A DNA stretch of 64,000 bases from Candidatus Shapirobacteria bacterium (GTDB lineage: Bacteria > Patescibacteriota > Microgenomatia > UBA12405), in the NCBI GenBank assembly GCA_028704885.1, contig JAQWEN010000001.1, positions 523,107 through 587,106 on the forward strand. The letters run 5' to 3'. The notes beneath the pieces were generated by a model. It ran no database searches. It saw nothing but the letters and a program-made list of their open reading frames with translations, and was not told the origin of the DNA. The position numbers were made by a program, and so were the translations under genes. Of the stretch, positions 54,642 to 63,194 are shown one piece after another. Numbering within the stretch: position 1 is the stretch's first letter; each line of letters opens with the position of its first letter.

Positions 54642-55603
54642 AATTTATTGTACCATTCGGAAACTAAATTAAAAATTTTATCCTTAAACATAGGAAAAGT
54701 AATGTCAAAAAAAGAAGCTGTATTGGAATATCTGGATTTAAAATAAGTACTTTGGCGGCGGGCATCACTGTGTTCGGCATAACGCCATTTTTGAAGACAG
54801 GTGTTTAGTAGAGACGTTGCATGCAACGTCTCTACATCTTTGTTTTGAAAATATGGTTTGAGGCATTGGTAAGCAGCAATTTGAAGACCTGGATCGGACC
54901 AAGAATATTTTTTTAACAAATTTTTTATTTCATCAAAAAAGCCAATGTCTAGGCGCTTTTGAACACGGGTATTGATACGGTCATAAAGAAAATCGAGAGG
55001 AGCGATGAGAGAAATATGTAAAATATCAAACCCCTCTGTCCTACTGGACATCTCCCCTTGATGAAGGGGAGAAATTTTTGATAATTTTATTTCTATTTTT
55101 CTGGTTAAACGATAGTGATTATTAATATCAGAATGGTTTAATTTAGAAAAATTTTCTTTATCTAAAAAATTATAAATTTTTTGTAAAGTTTTGACTGATA
55201 ATTTTTTTGAAATTAAGCGCCAAAGTTTATTCGGCTTAATAGAAAAAGTATCGTAATTTTGATTAATCAAAGAATCTAAATAAAAACCGCTACAACCAAC
55301 CAAAACTGGTAATTTGTTTTGAGAATGAAGTTTATTGATTATTTCTAGACCAGCTTTTTGAAATTGAGCGACAGAAAATTTTTGATCTGGAGTAATTAAA
55401 TCAATTAAATGAATTGGAGTTTCACCAGGCTGATCTTTGCCAGTACCAATATCAAGACCTTTATAAATTTGACATGAATCAGTGGAAACTAGTTCGCCAT
55501 GGTATATTTTTGCCAATTCTACGGCTAAATCGGTTTTACCGGTAGCAGTCGGACCGGAAATAATTAAAATTTTGTTAAACATTGATTCTAAATTCAACCA
55601 CAT
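54638..55603 (-). CDS. miaA: tRNA dimethylallyltransferase MiaA
   Basis: P-loop (ISGPTATGKTDLAVELA) and DSxQ motif (VSTDSCQIYKGLDIGT). Contains an in-frame palindromic-repeat insertion and a 28-bp perfect palindrome. Confidence 0.9.
   Translation of the reverse strand: MWLNLESMFNKILIISGPTATGKTDLAVELAKIYHGELVSTDSCQIYKGLDIGTGKDQPGETPIHLIDLITPDQKFSVAQFQKAGLEIINKLHSQNKLPVLVGCSGFYLDSLINQNYDTFSIKPNKLWRLISKKLSVKTLQKIYNFLDKENFSKLNHSDINNHYRLTRKIEIKLSKISPLHQGEMSSRTEGFDILHISLIAPLDFLYDRINTRVQKRLDIGFFDEIKNLLKKYSWSDPGLQIAAYQCLKPYFQNKDVETLHATSLLNTCLQKWRYAEHSDARRQSTYFKSRYSNTASFFDITFPMFKDKIFNLVSEWYNKL
54808..54835. repeat. 28-bp perfect palindrome inside the miaA coding sequence
   Basis: gtagagacgttgcatgcaacgtctctac equals its own reverse complement. 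Encodes VETLHATSL. Centre is GCATGC. Confidence 0.8.
55030..55080. repeat. Double-hairpin palindromic element, copy B, inserted in frame in miaA
   Basis: cccctctgtcctactggacatctccccttgatgaaggggagaaatttttg. Hairpins GTCC-TACT-GGAC and TCTCCCCTT-GATG-AAGGGGAGA. Encodes KISPLHQGEMSSRTEGF, versus copy A which encodes NISPFVKGRCPEGTERI. Confidence 0.65.
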
Positions 55604-56645
55604 CGTCGGGGCGCATGATGTAATCGCGGCCTTCGTGGCGAAGTTTGCCGACTTCTTTGGCTCCTAATAATCCCTTATATTGGACAAAATCTTCATAAGA
55701 AACAACTTCGGCCATAATAAAACCTTTTTCAAAATCAGTATGAATGGCAGCGGCGGCTTTAGGAGCAGTATCCCCTTTTTTAATTGTCCAAGCCCGAGCT
55801 TCTTTAACCCCAGCGGTGTAATAAGATTGAAGACCAAGAGTGTCGTAGGCTTTTTGAATAACTCTTTCTAGTCCGGATTTTTCGACTCCTAATTCTTTTA
55901 AATAATCCTTCTTTTCCTCTGGATTTAATTCAGCTAAATCAAATTCAACTTTAGCAGAAACTGGAACTACAGATTCCCAATTTTCAATTTTTAATTTGAA
56001 ATTTTCAATGTCTTTATAGGTGTCTTCATCGACATTAGCGACAATAAAATAAGGTTTGGCAGTTAATAAGAAAAATTCTTTGATCATTTCTTTTTCTTCA
56101 TCATCTAATTTTAAATTGACGGTTAAATTACCTTTTTCTAATTCTGATTTTAATTTGGCGGCTAAAGCAAATTTTTTAGATTTATTTTCTTTGGCATTGT
56201 TTTTATTAACATCAAGATATTTATCAATAGTTTCTAAATCTTTGATAATTAATTCAGCACAAATGACCTCAAAATCGCCTTGTGGATCAACTGAACCCTC
56301 TTTGATAATATTAGAGTCGGAAAAGGCACGAACAACGTGGCAGATGGCATCACAATCACGAATATTGGTAAGGAATTTGTTGCCAAGACCTTCACCTTGA
56401 GATGCACCTTTAACTAGACCAGCGATGTCAACAAATTCAACAATAGCAGGAACAATTTTATCGGTTTTAACAATTTCGGCCAAAACTGGTAATTTATCAT
56501 CGGGAACTTCAACTACTCCAACATTTGGGTCGATGGTACAAAAAGGATAATTACTGGCATCAGCAACTTGCTTGCCAAGGAGAGCATTAAAAAGAGTAGA
56601 TTTGCCGACGTTGGGTAATCCAACAATACCGATAGATAATTTCAT
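55575..56645 (-). CDS. ychF: Ribosome-binding ATPase YchF/OLA1
   Basis: G1 GIVGLPNVGKSTLFNAL, G4 NVDE variant, C-terminal TGS domain. 356 aa. Confidence 0.95.
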   Translation of the reverse strand: MKLSIGIVGLPNVGKSTLFNALLGKQVADASNYPFCTIDPNVGVVEVPDDKLPVLAEIVKTDKIVPAIVEFVDIAGLVKGASQGEGLGNKFLTNIRDCDAICHVVRAFSDSNIIKEGSVDPQGDFEVICAELIIKDLETIDKYLDVNKNNAKENKSKKFALAAKLKSELEKGNLTVNLKLDDEEKEMIKEFFLLTAKPYFIVANVDEDTYKDIENFKLKIENWESVVPVSAKVEFDLAELNPEEKKDYLKELGVEKSGLERVIQKAYDTLGLQSYYTAGVKEARAWTIKKGDTAPKAAAAIHTDFEKGFIMAEVVSYEDFVQYKGLLGAKEVGKLRHEGRDYIMRPDDVVEFRINV

Positions 56646-56670
56646 GAGTGTATTTTACCAAAAACAAGGC

Positions 56671-57165
56671 TTATTTTTTGTTTTTAATAAAGTCAATTGC
56701 ATTTTGAGGGACGAGGGATTGCCAAGTGGAATTGTTGATGTTAATCATTTGGCGAACGTCGGTGGCGCGAGTATTTAAAATTTTTGGTTTAATAATTTGG
56801 AAATGATGGCCGTAATTTACAAAACAATCTGAAGTGTAATCATTGTCAGTAAAAAGACAGGTGTTGCTTTCGTTAATCTCTGGAAAAAAGGTTTTGACGT
56901 AATCGGCATATTTGGGAGGATTATTAATATCGGGAATAATAATAATTTGATAAGGAAAATTTAATTTGTCTAAATTGGGAATTAAAAGCGATTTAACTTC
57001 TTCCCCGGTTAAAAAGTTTTGAGAATCTAACGTGGTGGACTCACCTACTCCGATTAATAATTTTTTGATACCAGAATTGATAACTTCATTTAAAAATTGA
57101 AGATGGTGGAGACAAGGCGGTTGAAAACGACCAATAACTAGACCAAAATGGTGGGTGGTAAGCAT
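56671..57165 (-). CDS. Nicotinamide/nicotinate mononucleotide adenylyltransferase, archaeal NadM-like, with a degenerate HxGH motif
   Basis: GLVIGRFQPPCLHHLQ aligns with NadM IGRFQPFHKGHL. LIGVGES matches IIGIGSAQ. C-terminal TDVRQMI...W..LVP..AIDFIK matches SGTEIRRRM...W..LVP..VVDVIK. The first His of HxGH is replaced by Cys. Confidence 0.65.
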   Translation of the reverse strand: MLTTHHFGLVIGRFQPPCLHHLQFLNEVINSGIKKLLIGVGESTTLDSQNFLTGEEVKSLLIPNLDKLNFPYQIIIIPDINNPPKYADYVKTFFPEINESNTCLFTDNDYTSDCFVNYGHHFQIIKPKILNTRATDVRQMININNSTWQSLVPQNAIDFIKNKK

Positions 57166-57890
57166 CTTTTGTGTTCTGATGATTCGATTAATTTTTTGAT
57201 TTTAGATTCAATTTCCGGTTTTGTTTTTTCGCCTTGTAAAAAATTATCTAAATCAACATAAGTAAAACCGAGTTCGGTTTCGTCGGTTTGACTGTCCCAA
57301 AGACCAGCACTTGGGACTTTAACAATAATATTTTTGGGGATATTTAATAATTTGGCTAATTCGAAAATTTCAGTTTTATAAAGATTAGCAATTGGTTCCA
57401 GATCGCAACCACCATCGCCATATTTTGTAAAATAACCGACAGCCATTTCAGATTTATTGGTAGTGCCGATAACTAGGCCATTTCTGTGATTGGCATAAGC
57501 ATAAGCAATAGTCATGCGGACACGAGACATAATATTGCCATTAACAAATCTGTTGTCGGAAATTTTGAATTGATCAACAAGCGGTTTAATATCTTTTTTG
57601 AAATATTTAATATTTAGTTGATTAACCACAGTAATTGCGTCGTCGATATCAACCTGTCGACTATATGGCATTAAAATTCCAAAAACTCTTTTGTTTCCCA
57701 AAGCTTTAACACATAAAAAAGCGGTAACAGCCGAATCAATGCCGCCAGAAATGCCAATAAAAACATTTTTTGGACCTACATAACTTCTTATGCCTTGAAC
57801 AATCTTATTTTCAACGTCTTTTAAATCTCTCATAAAGAATTGTACCAACAAAAAGCTCCCTCGTTTCCAAGGGAGCTTTATTAAATTCAA
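57138..57890 (-). CDS. nadE: NH3-dependent NAD+ synthetase NadE
   Basis: PP-loop SGGxDS (GISGGIDSAV). The true start is probably the internal Met at about 57833 (MRDLKDV...), because 57844-57880 forms the hup terminator hairpin. Confidence 0.9.
   Translation of the reverse strand: MNLIKLPWKRGSFLLVQFFMRDLKDVENKIVQGIRSYVGPKNVFIGISGGIDSAVTAFLCVKALGNKRVFGILMPYSRQVDIDDAITVVNQLNIKYFKKDIKPLVDQFKISDNRFVNGNIMSRVRMTIAYAYANHRNGLVIGTTNKSEMAVGYFTKYGDGGCDLEPIANLYKTEIFELAKLLNIPKNIIVKVPSAGLWDSQTDETELGFTYVDLDNFLQGEKTKPEIESKIKKLIESSEHKRCLPPTILV
57844..57880 (-). terminator. Rho-independent terminator downstream of hup (minus strand)
   Basis: Minus-strand reading: AAAGCTCCCT-tggaaacg-AGGGAGCTTT followed by TTGTTGG. 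Lies about 20 nt past the hup stop codon. Confidence 0.6.
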
Positions 57891-57897
57891 AAATGAA

Positions 57898-58170
57898 TTA
57901 TTTCACCATTTTCTTGATTTTGGTACCTGGAATGTAGCGAGGCATTCTTCGGGCAACAATTTTCTTGGATTCTTTGGTTCCAATAGCTTTGATGGTTTTT
58001 GCTTTGAACATTTTGGTTTTGAAAGTTCCAAAACCAGAAAGTTTAACGGTTTCGCCAGCGGCTAATCCTTTCATTATTTCAGAGAGGAAAGTTTCAACTG
58101 CTTGTTTAGCTGCTTTTTTACTAAGCTTGGCTTTTTGAGAGACTGATTCGATTAAATCTTTTTTAGTCAT
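57898..58170 (-). CDS. hup: DNA-binding protein HU
   Basis: MTKKDLIESVSQKAKLSKKAAKQAVETFLSEI... and RMPRYIPGTK arm residues. 90 aa. Confidence 0.9.
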   Translation of the reverse strand: MTKKDLIESVSQKAKLSKKAAKQAVETFLSEIMKGLAAGETVKLSGFGTFKTKMFKAKTIKAIGTKESKKIVARRMPRYIPGTKIKKMVK

Positions 58171-58237
58171 TATTTTTTTATTAATAATTAATAATTCCCC
58201 TTAATTTTAGACGAATATTATCTAATTGCAATAGAAG

Positions 58238-59821
58238 TTATTCGTTTTTTACCGCATTTTTGTTGATTTTGCTGCCAACAATAACACTGCTAGTTCTAAC
58301 TTCTCTAATAACGGTAACTTTTATTTGACCAGCCCACTTTGCCTCTTCTTCGAGTTTTTCGGCAATATTTTGACTTAGAACTTCGGCTTCTGAATCAGAA
58401 ACTTGGGTAGGCTCGACAATAACGACAACTTCTCGACCGGCCTGATAAGCAGCAACACTAATGACACCTGGAAAGGTATTAGCTACTTCTTCAATATTTT
58501 TCATTCTCTTTAAATATTCTTCATGAACTTCGTAACGAGCACCTGGACGAGCACCAGAAGCAGCATCACCAATATAAACAATGACTGATTCAGTTGAAGA
58601 AAATTCTTTGTCTTCATGATGTTCAGCAACACAAGCAATAACAGCTTCCGACATTTTATATTGTCTAAGTAAATCGACACCTAGATCGACATGAGTTCCC
58701 TCTTGGTCGGTAATAACCTTTCCAATGTCGTGTAATAAAGCGCCAAGACGAACAGTATTAACATCTGCTCGTAACTCATAAGCAATGGCAGTGGCAATTT
58801 TAGTGGCTTCAATGGTATGTTTAGCTAAATTTTGACCATAAGAAAATCTAAATTTGTATTTACCAATTTCTTTAATTAAATCGATTGGTAAATTGAAAAC
58901 ACCAACTTCTTGGGTAATTTTTTTACCTTCATTTAGAAGAATTCGGTCCATTTCAGTTTTAGTTTGAGCGACAACTTGTTCGATTTTAAGAGGTTGAATA
59001 CGACCATCTTTAATTAATTTTTCTAAAGATAATTTGGCGATTTCCCTTCTGGTGGAATCAAAAGAAGAAATGCGAATATCATTAGTTTCGTCTAATTCAA
59101 TTTCAACACCAGTGGCTTTTTCAAAAGCTCTGATATTTCGGCCTTCACGACCAATAATTTTACCTTTGATTTTTTCATCAGGAAGAGAAATAGTAGAAAC
59201 GGTATATTCGGCGACATAATCAGTAAGACCATGGCGAATATTATCAATAATTACTTCTTTGGTGATTTCTTCTTCTTTTTGTTTAATTTCATCTCGCGCT
59301 TCTTCAATTTTTTTAGCTACCCAAGCAGACATTCTTTTTTCGGTGCTGCTCATAACCAATTGCTTAGCTTTTTCAACATCAAGACCAGAAATGGTCTCGA
59401 GTTTTTCCATTTGTTTTCGATAAACATCGTCAATACTGGCTAGTTTGGTTTTAATTTCGGCGCTTTGACTGTCAATAGATCTTTCTTTTTGAATTAAATA
59501 TCTTTCTTTTTCATCAAGTGATGATAATCTTTGAAAAACTTCAGCTTCTTTGGCTTTAGCTTCAGCTTCGATTCTTTTAGCATTTTGAAGGGCAGCGAGG
59601 GCAGCACTATTGTCGATTTCAACTACTGGCTTAACTTGAACTGGATTAGAAACTTCAGTTTTATTGGGTGAAAAAACGACCCGATTATTATCTTTTTCGT
59701 CTACTTTTTGGGTTTCTTTAACCTCTTTTTTAGAAATAACGGCTTTAGGAGAAACTTTTACATCTCCTGATTTTGGGGTAGAAAATAAACCCTTAACTCT
59801 CGATAAAAATACATCTAACAT
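58238..59821 (-). CDS. rny: Ribonuclease Y
   Basis: N-terminal TM and coiled coil, KH domain (IGREGRNIRAFE), HD domain (GALLHDIGK). Confidence 0.9.
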   Translation of the reverse strand: MLDVFLSRVKGLFSTPKSGDVKVSPKAVISKKEVKETQKVDEKDNNRVVFSPNKTEVSNPVQVKPVVEIDNSAALAALQNAKRIEAEAKAKEAEVFQRLSSLDEKERYLIQKERSIDSQSAEIKTKLASIDDVYRKQMEKLETISGLDVEKAKQLVMSSTEKRMSAWVAKKIEEARDEIKQKEEEITKEVIIDNIRHGLTDYVAEYTVSTISLPDEKIKGKIIGREGRNIRAFEKATGVEIELDETNDIRISSFDSTRREIAKLSLEKLIKDGRIQPLKIEQVVAQTKTEMDRILLNEGKKITQEVGVFNLPIDLIKEIGKYKFRFSYGQNLAKHTIEATKIATAIAYELRADVNTVRLGALLHDIGKVITDQEGTHVDLGVDLLRQYKMSEAVIACVAEHHEDKEFSSTESVIVYIGDAASGARPGARYEVHEEYLKRMKNIEEVANTFPGVISVAAYQAGREVVVIVEPTQVSDSEAEVLSQNIAEKLEEEAKWAGQIKVTVIREVRTSSVIVGSKINKNAVKNE

Positions 59822-59975
59822 AAAACCTCCAGATACTTTTTACAGCAAAAACACACCAAGAAAAATGGCTTAAGTTAACAATGAGTCGGTATTTTGACTA
59901 ATTTGAATAACATATTTCGGTGCTTTGGAATAAAAAGTTAAAATTATAATTTAATTAAAAACTAATTGGTCTATT

Positions 59976-60626
59976 TTATCTAAAATTGAGCCAATCGTCA
60001 ATTGCAGTGTTTATATCGGAAATATTAAAACCACGACGAAAAAGCGAAGATTTTAATTTATTTTTTTCGTTATAATCGGATAATTTTGATTTGTCTAGGT
60101 TTTTCTTATCCAATAGAGTTTTGATTTTATTAAGGTCGCTTTCTTGGTTAAATTTAATTGACAACAAAGAAGTTTGATCAATACCTAATTGTTGAAGCAT
60201 ATAAATAATCTGCTGGTGGGATTTTTTGCTATTTTTTTTGACAAAATAACGGACAAAATCGGCTTGATTAAAAAACTTTTTTGATTTTAAATAATCAATT
60301 ATTTCTTGACTGATTTCTTTCAAATTTAAATTATTAAGGTTTAATTTATACTTCAAAATCATCTTTCTAAAATATAAATTAAGTTTTTGATTAATATTTT
60401 TTTCAGTTTTAGGAGAAATAGCAATCTGACGAAGAGCAAATTCGCGACCTTTAAACTGCAAAGCGGTTTTGATAATTAATTGAAATTTTGAATCATCAAT
60501 ATCTTGGTTTTTAATTAATGATAATTTAACAACATCATCAATAAAAAACGGAATAAAAGAATGGTCGGAAAAAGTAAGCCAAACTTGATTTGGAGTTTTA
60601 CTGGCTTTAATACTGGTTATCTGCAT
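59976..60626 (-). CDS. recX: RecA regulator RecX (putative)
   Basis: 216-aa helical-repeat protein immediately downstream of recA and sharing its stop/start junction. No strong motif. Confidence 0.55.
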   Translation of the reverse strand: MQITSIKASKTPNQVWLTFSDHSFIPFFIDDVVKLSLIKNQDIDDSKFQLIIKTALQFKGREFALRQIAISPKTEKNINQKLNLYFRKMILKYKLNLNNLNLKEISQEIIDYLKSKKFFNQADFVRYFVKKNSKKSHQQIIYMLQQLGIDQTSLLSIKFNQESDLNKIKTLLDKKNLDKSKLSDYNEKNKLKSSLFRRGFNISDINTAIDDWLNFR

Positions 60627-61717
60627 TATTCTTCGACTGGAGCGTCTTCCGGAGGTTCTAATTTAACAGGTTCGGCATTTTCTTTAACCTTTTTCCAAAT
60701 TTGAGATTTAAGACTTTCGACTAATTTAGGGTTTTCTTTGAGGTATTTTTTAGTACCTTCGCGACCTTGAATATTTTGACCATCAACTTTGAAAAAAGCT
60801 CCGGCTTTAGTGATAAAACCATGTTGAATGGCAAGATCGACTAAACTGCCAAAAACAGAAATACCTTCAGTATTCATGATTTCAAATTCGGCTTCTCTAA
60901 ATGGTGGAGCAACTTTATTCTTAATTATTCTGGCACGGTGTTGAGAACCAATGGATTCACCGGAAGCAGTTTTAATATTAGCAATTTTACGCAAATCGAT
61001 TCTGACTGAAGCATAAAATTTGAGAGCTAAACCACCAGGAGTGGTTTCGGGATTACCAAACATAATGCCGATCTTTTGGCGAATTTGATTGGTAAAAATA
61101 ACAATAGTTTTGGATTTGGAAATGGCACCAGTTAATTTTCTTAAGGCTTGAGACATAAGACGAGCTTGGACACCCATCATAGAATCGCCCATATCACCTT
61201 CGATTTCGGCCTTGGGAACGAGAGCCGCGACTGAATCGAGAACAACCACATCAACGGCATTGGAACGGACAAGAGTTTCGACAATTTCGAGAGCTTGTTC
61301 GCCATTGTCTGGCTGGGAAATTAAGAGATTGTCTAAATTGACCCCAACAGTAACAGCACGGCTAGGATCGAGAGCATGTTCAACATCAATAAAAGCAGCT
61401 GTACCACCCATTTTTTGAGCTTCGGCAATAACGTGAAGACAAAGAGTAGTTTTACCAGAAGCTTCTGGTCCAAAAATTTCAGTGACACGACCACGGGGAA
61501 GACCGCCAACACCAAGAGCAATATCAAGAGGCAAACAACCAGTAGGAATAACATCAACGGTCATGCCGGCTTGTTTTTCACCCATTTTCATAATGGCACC
61601 ATCACCAAAAGCTTTGGTGATTTGCTCCATAGCAACACGAATGGCTTCATTTTTTTGAGTTTGATTGCCAGCAGCAGCTAAACCTTTGGCTTCTTTTTTG
61701 ATTTTCTTTTTGTACAT
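60626..61717 (-). CDS. recA: Recombinase RecA
   Basis: Walker A ([13 protein letters not shown]), L1/L2 loops, conserved core. 363 aa. Confidence 0.95.
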   Translation of the reverse strand: MYKKKIKKEAKGLAAAGNQTQKNEAIRVAMEQITKAFGDGAIMKMGEKQAGMTVDVIPTGCLPLDIALGVGGLPRGRVTEIFGPEASGKTTLCLHVIAEAQKMGGTAAFIDVEHALDPSRAVTVGVNLDNLLISQPDNGEQALEIVETLVRSNAVDVVVLDSVAALVPKAEIEGDMGDSMMGVQARLMSQALRKLTGAISKSKTIVIFTNQIRQKIGIMFGNPETTPGGLALKFYASVRIDLRKIANIKTASGESIGSQHRARIIKNKVAPPFREAEFEIMNTEGISVFGSLVDLAIQHGFITKAGAFFKVDGQNIQGREGTKKYLKENPKLVESLKSQIWKKVKENAEPVKLEPPEDAPVEE

Positions 61718-61819
61718 ATATTTTATTAATATTAACGTTACAGTTATAGTGATATCAAAAAGAAATATATCAAGTCAAGAAGCAAAACCGAAGAAAAGCC
61801 GAAGATAAAGTCTTTATAC

Positions 61820-62986
61820 CTAATTTTTTTGGTCTTTTTCAAATTTTGATGAGTATCTATATTTTAAAATTTCAAAAAGCTGATTGGCTGAAGTTCTACC
61901 AAGACCTTTGGCCGATTGAAAAATTAAACCTTTAATCAAATGCTCGGCATCTTCTGGCCTAAACCTAATATTAATTGTTTTGTGCGGTTTTTCGGATTTG
62001 CCATAATTTTCATAAGACAAAATAAAATCCCCGTTGTGAGCAATATAGACACCATATTCTGCTTCGCCATCTATTCCTAATGAAAAAGGAGTATGTTTTT
62101 CTGTCTCGTCTGAATTATCTAATACTGGAATTGAATATTCATATCCCCAAAAAAATTGTCTTGGATCGTGATCAAAACCACCTAAATGTTCTGTACATCC
62201 TCCTCCGCCTTGTCCTAAAGAATGTCCCCATTTAATAAGTGATTTAGCTTTATCTTCTTGATATTGAGTTTTTATACCTGTTTGTTCAACATATTTCATA
62301 ACAGCAACTAATAAGGATCCTTCAGTAGAATGATAAGGATCAATAAAATTATTATCAGAATCCAAGACTGGCCTCATTTCAATTTCATTATCAAAGGGGT
62401 CGGTGGTGGGATAAGGAGTAATATCGGTTTGATATATTCTTAAGTCATAGTGTTCGCTTCCAGTAATTTGATTTTTGACTTCAGAACCATCAACTCTTTT
62501 ACTAATCCATTGATAACCATTTCTGTAATCTGATGGACATTCTTTCGACCTTTGGGTTATATAGGCTCCAACGGTTGTGGCCAATTCTGAAGGCGAGGAA
62601 AAATTAAATTTAGAATAATCCCACAATTCTTCTGGAGTTAAAATCATGGAGGCAGTGTCTCCCGTAAATAAGTCCATATCTTCTAAAGCACACTTTTCAT
62701 TAAAAGTTCCAGACGGTTTTCTTATTAACCAATAAGAACCTTGAGGATTTCTTAAAATTTTATTTAGAGTGCTTTGATATTTTTGAGCAAATTCTTTGGG
62801 AAAATGTTTATAGAAACCACGCTGTTTTAGATCTTTTACGGAATTAATTACTCCATCTTTATAACGACAACCACCAATATATGGAAGGCCATCCTCTGAT
62901 TTATCTAGTTTATCCACTCTATCTCTAATCCCTGAAGATTCTATCTTTTCAACTGCATTTGGATATAATAAATACTCAAATCTCAT
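61820..62986 (-). CDS. Hypothetical cytoplasmic protein, 388 aa, unknown function
   Basis: No TM or signal peptide and no recognisable motif. Gly-rich patch HSLGQGGGGCTEHLGGFDHD. Sits between recA and tRNA-Pro. Confidence 0.35.
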   Translation of the reverse strand: MRFEYLLYPNAVEKIESSGIRDRVDKLDKSEDGLPYIGGCRYKDGVINSVKDLKQRGFYKHFPKEFAQKYQSTLNKILRNPQGSYWLIRKPSGTFNEKCALEDMDLFTGDTASMILTPEELWDYSKFNFSSPSELATTVGAYITQRSKECPSDYRNGYQWISKRVDGSEVKNQITGSEHYDLRIYQTDITPYPTTDPFDNEIEMRPVLDSDNNFIDPYHSTEGSLLVAVMKYVEQTGIKTQYQEDKAKSLIKWGHSLGQGGGGCTEHLGGFDHDPRQFFWGYEYSIPVLDNSDETEKHTPFSLGIDGEAEYGVYIAHNGDFILSYENYGKSEKPHKTINIRFRPEDAEHLIKGLIFQSAKGLGRTSANQLFEILKYRYSSKFEKDQKN

Positions 62987-63041
62987 ATGTGACAGAATAC
63001 TAACATACTTGTGAGTCTATTAAAATTATTGAGTAAATATT

Positions 63042-63050
63042 TGATAAAAT
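63042..63050 (+). promoter_or_regulatory. Extended -10 element (TGaTAAAAT) upstream of tRNA-Pro
   Basis: TGaTAAAAT ends 16 nt upstream of the tRNA 5' end. Same architecture as the tRNA-Glu promoter. Confidence 0.3.
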
Positions 63051-63066
63051 ATCTTGTTTGTTTAAA

Positions 63067-63140
63067 CGGGGATTGGCGCAATTGGCTAGCGCGCACGGAT
63101 GGGGTCCGTGAGGTTGCAAGTTCGAATCTTGTATCCCCGA
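63067..63140 (+). tRNA. tRNA-Pro (anticodon GGG)
   Basis: Hand-folded. C1-G72 acceptor (CGGGGAT/ATCCCCG), D-arm GCGC-AATTGGCTA-GCGC, anticodon stem CACGG/CCGTG with loop ATGGGGT (G37), T-arm GCAAG-TTCGAAT-CTTGT, discriminator A. Confidence 0.85.
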
Positions 63141-63181
63141 CTTCACTGAAGCTACGTCGGATAAACTAAATTTTAGAGAGG

Positions 63182-63187
63182 TATAAT
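63182..63187 (+). promoter_or_regulatory. -10 hexamer TATAAT placed for leaderless transcription of the downstream exonuclease gene
   Basis: TATAAT ends 7 nt before the ATG at 63195. No SD sequence is present. Confidence 0.3.
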
Positions 63188-63194
63188 TTGACAT

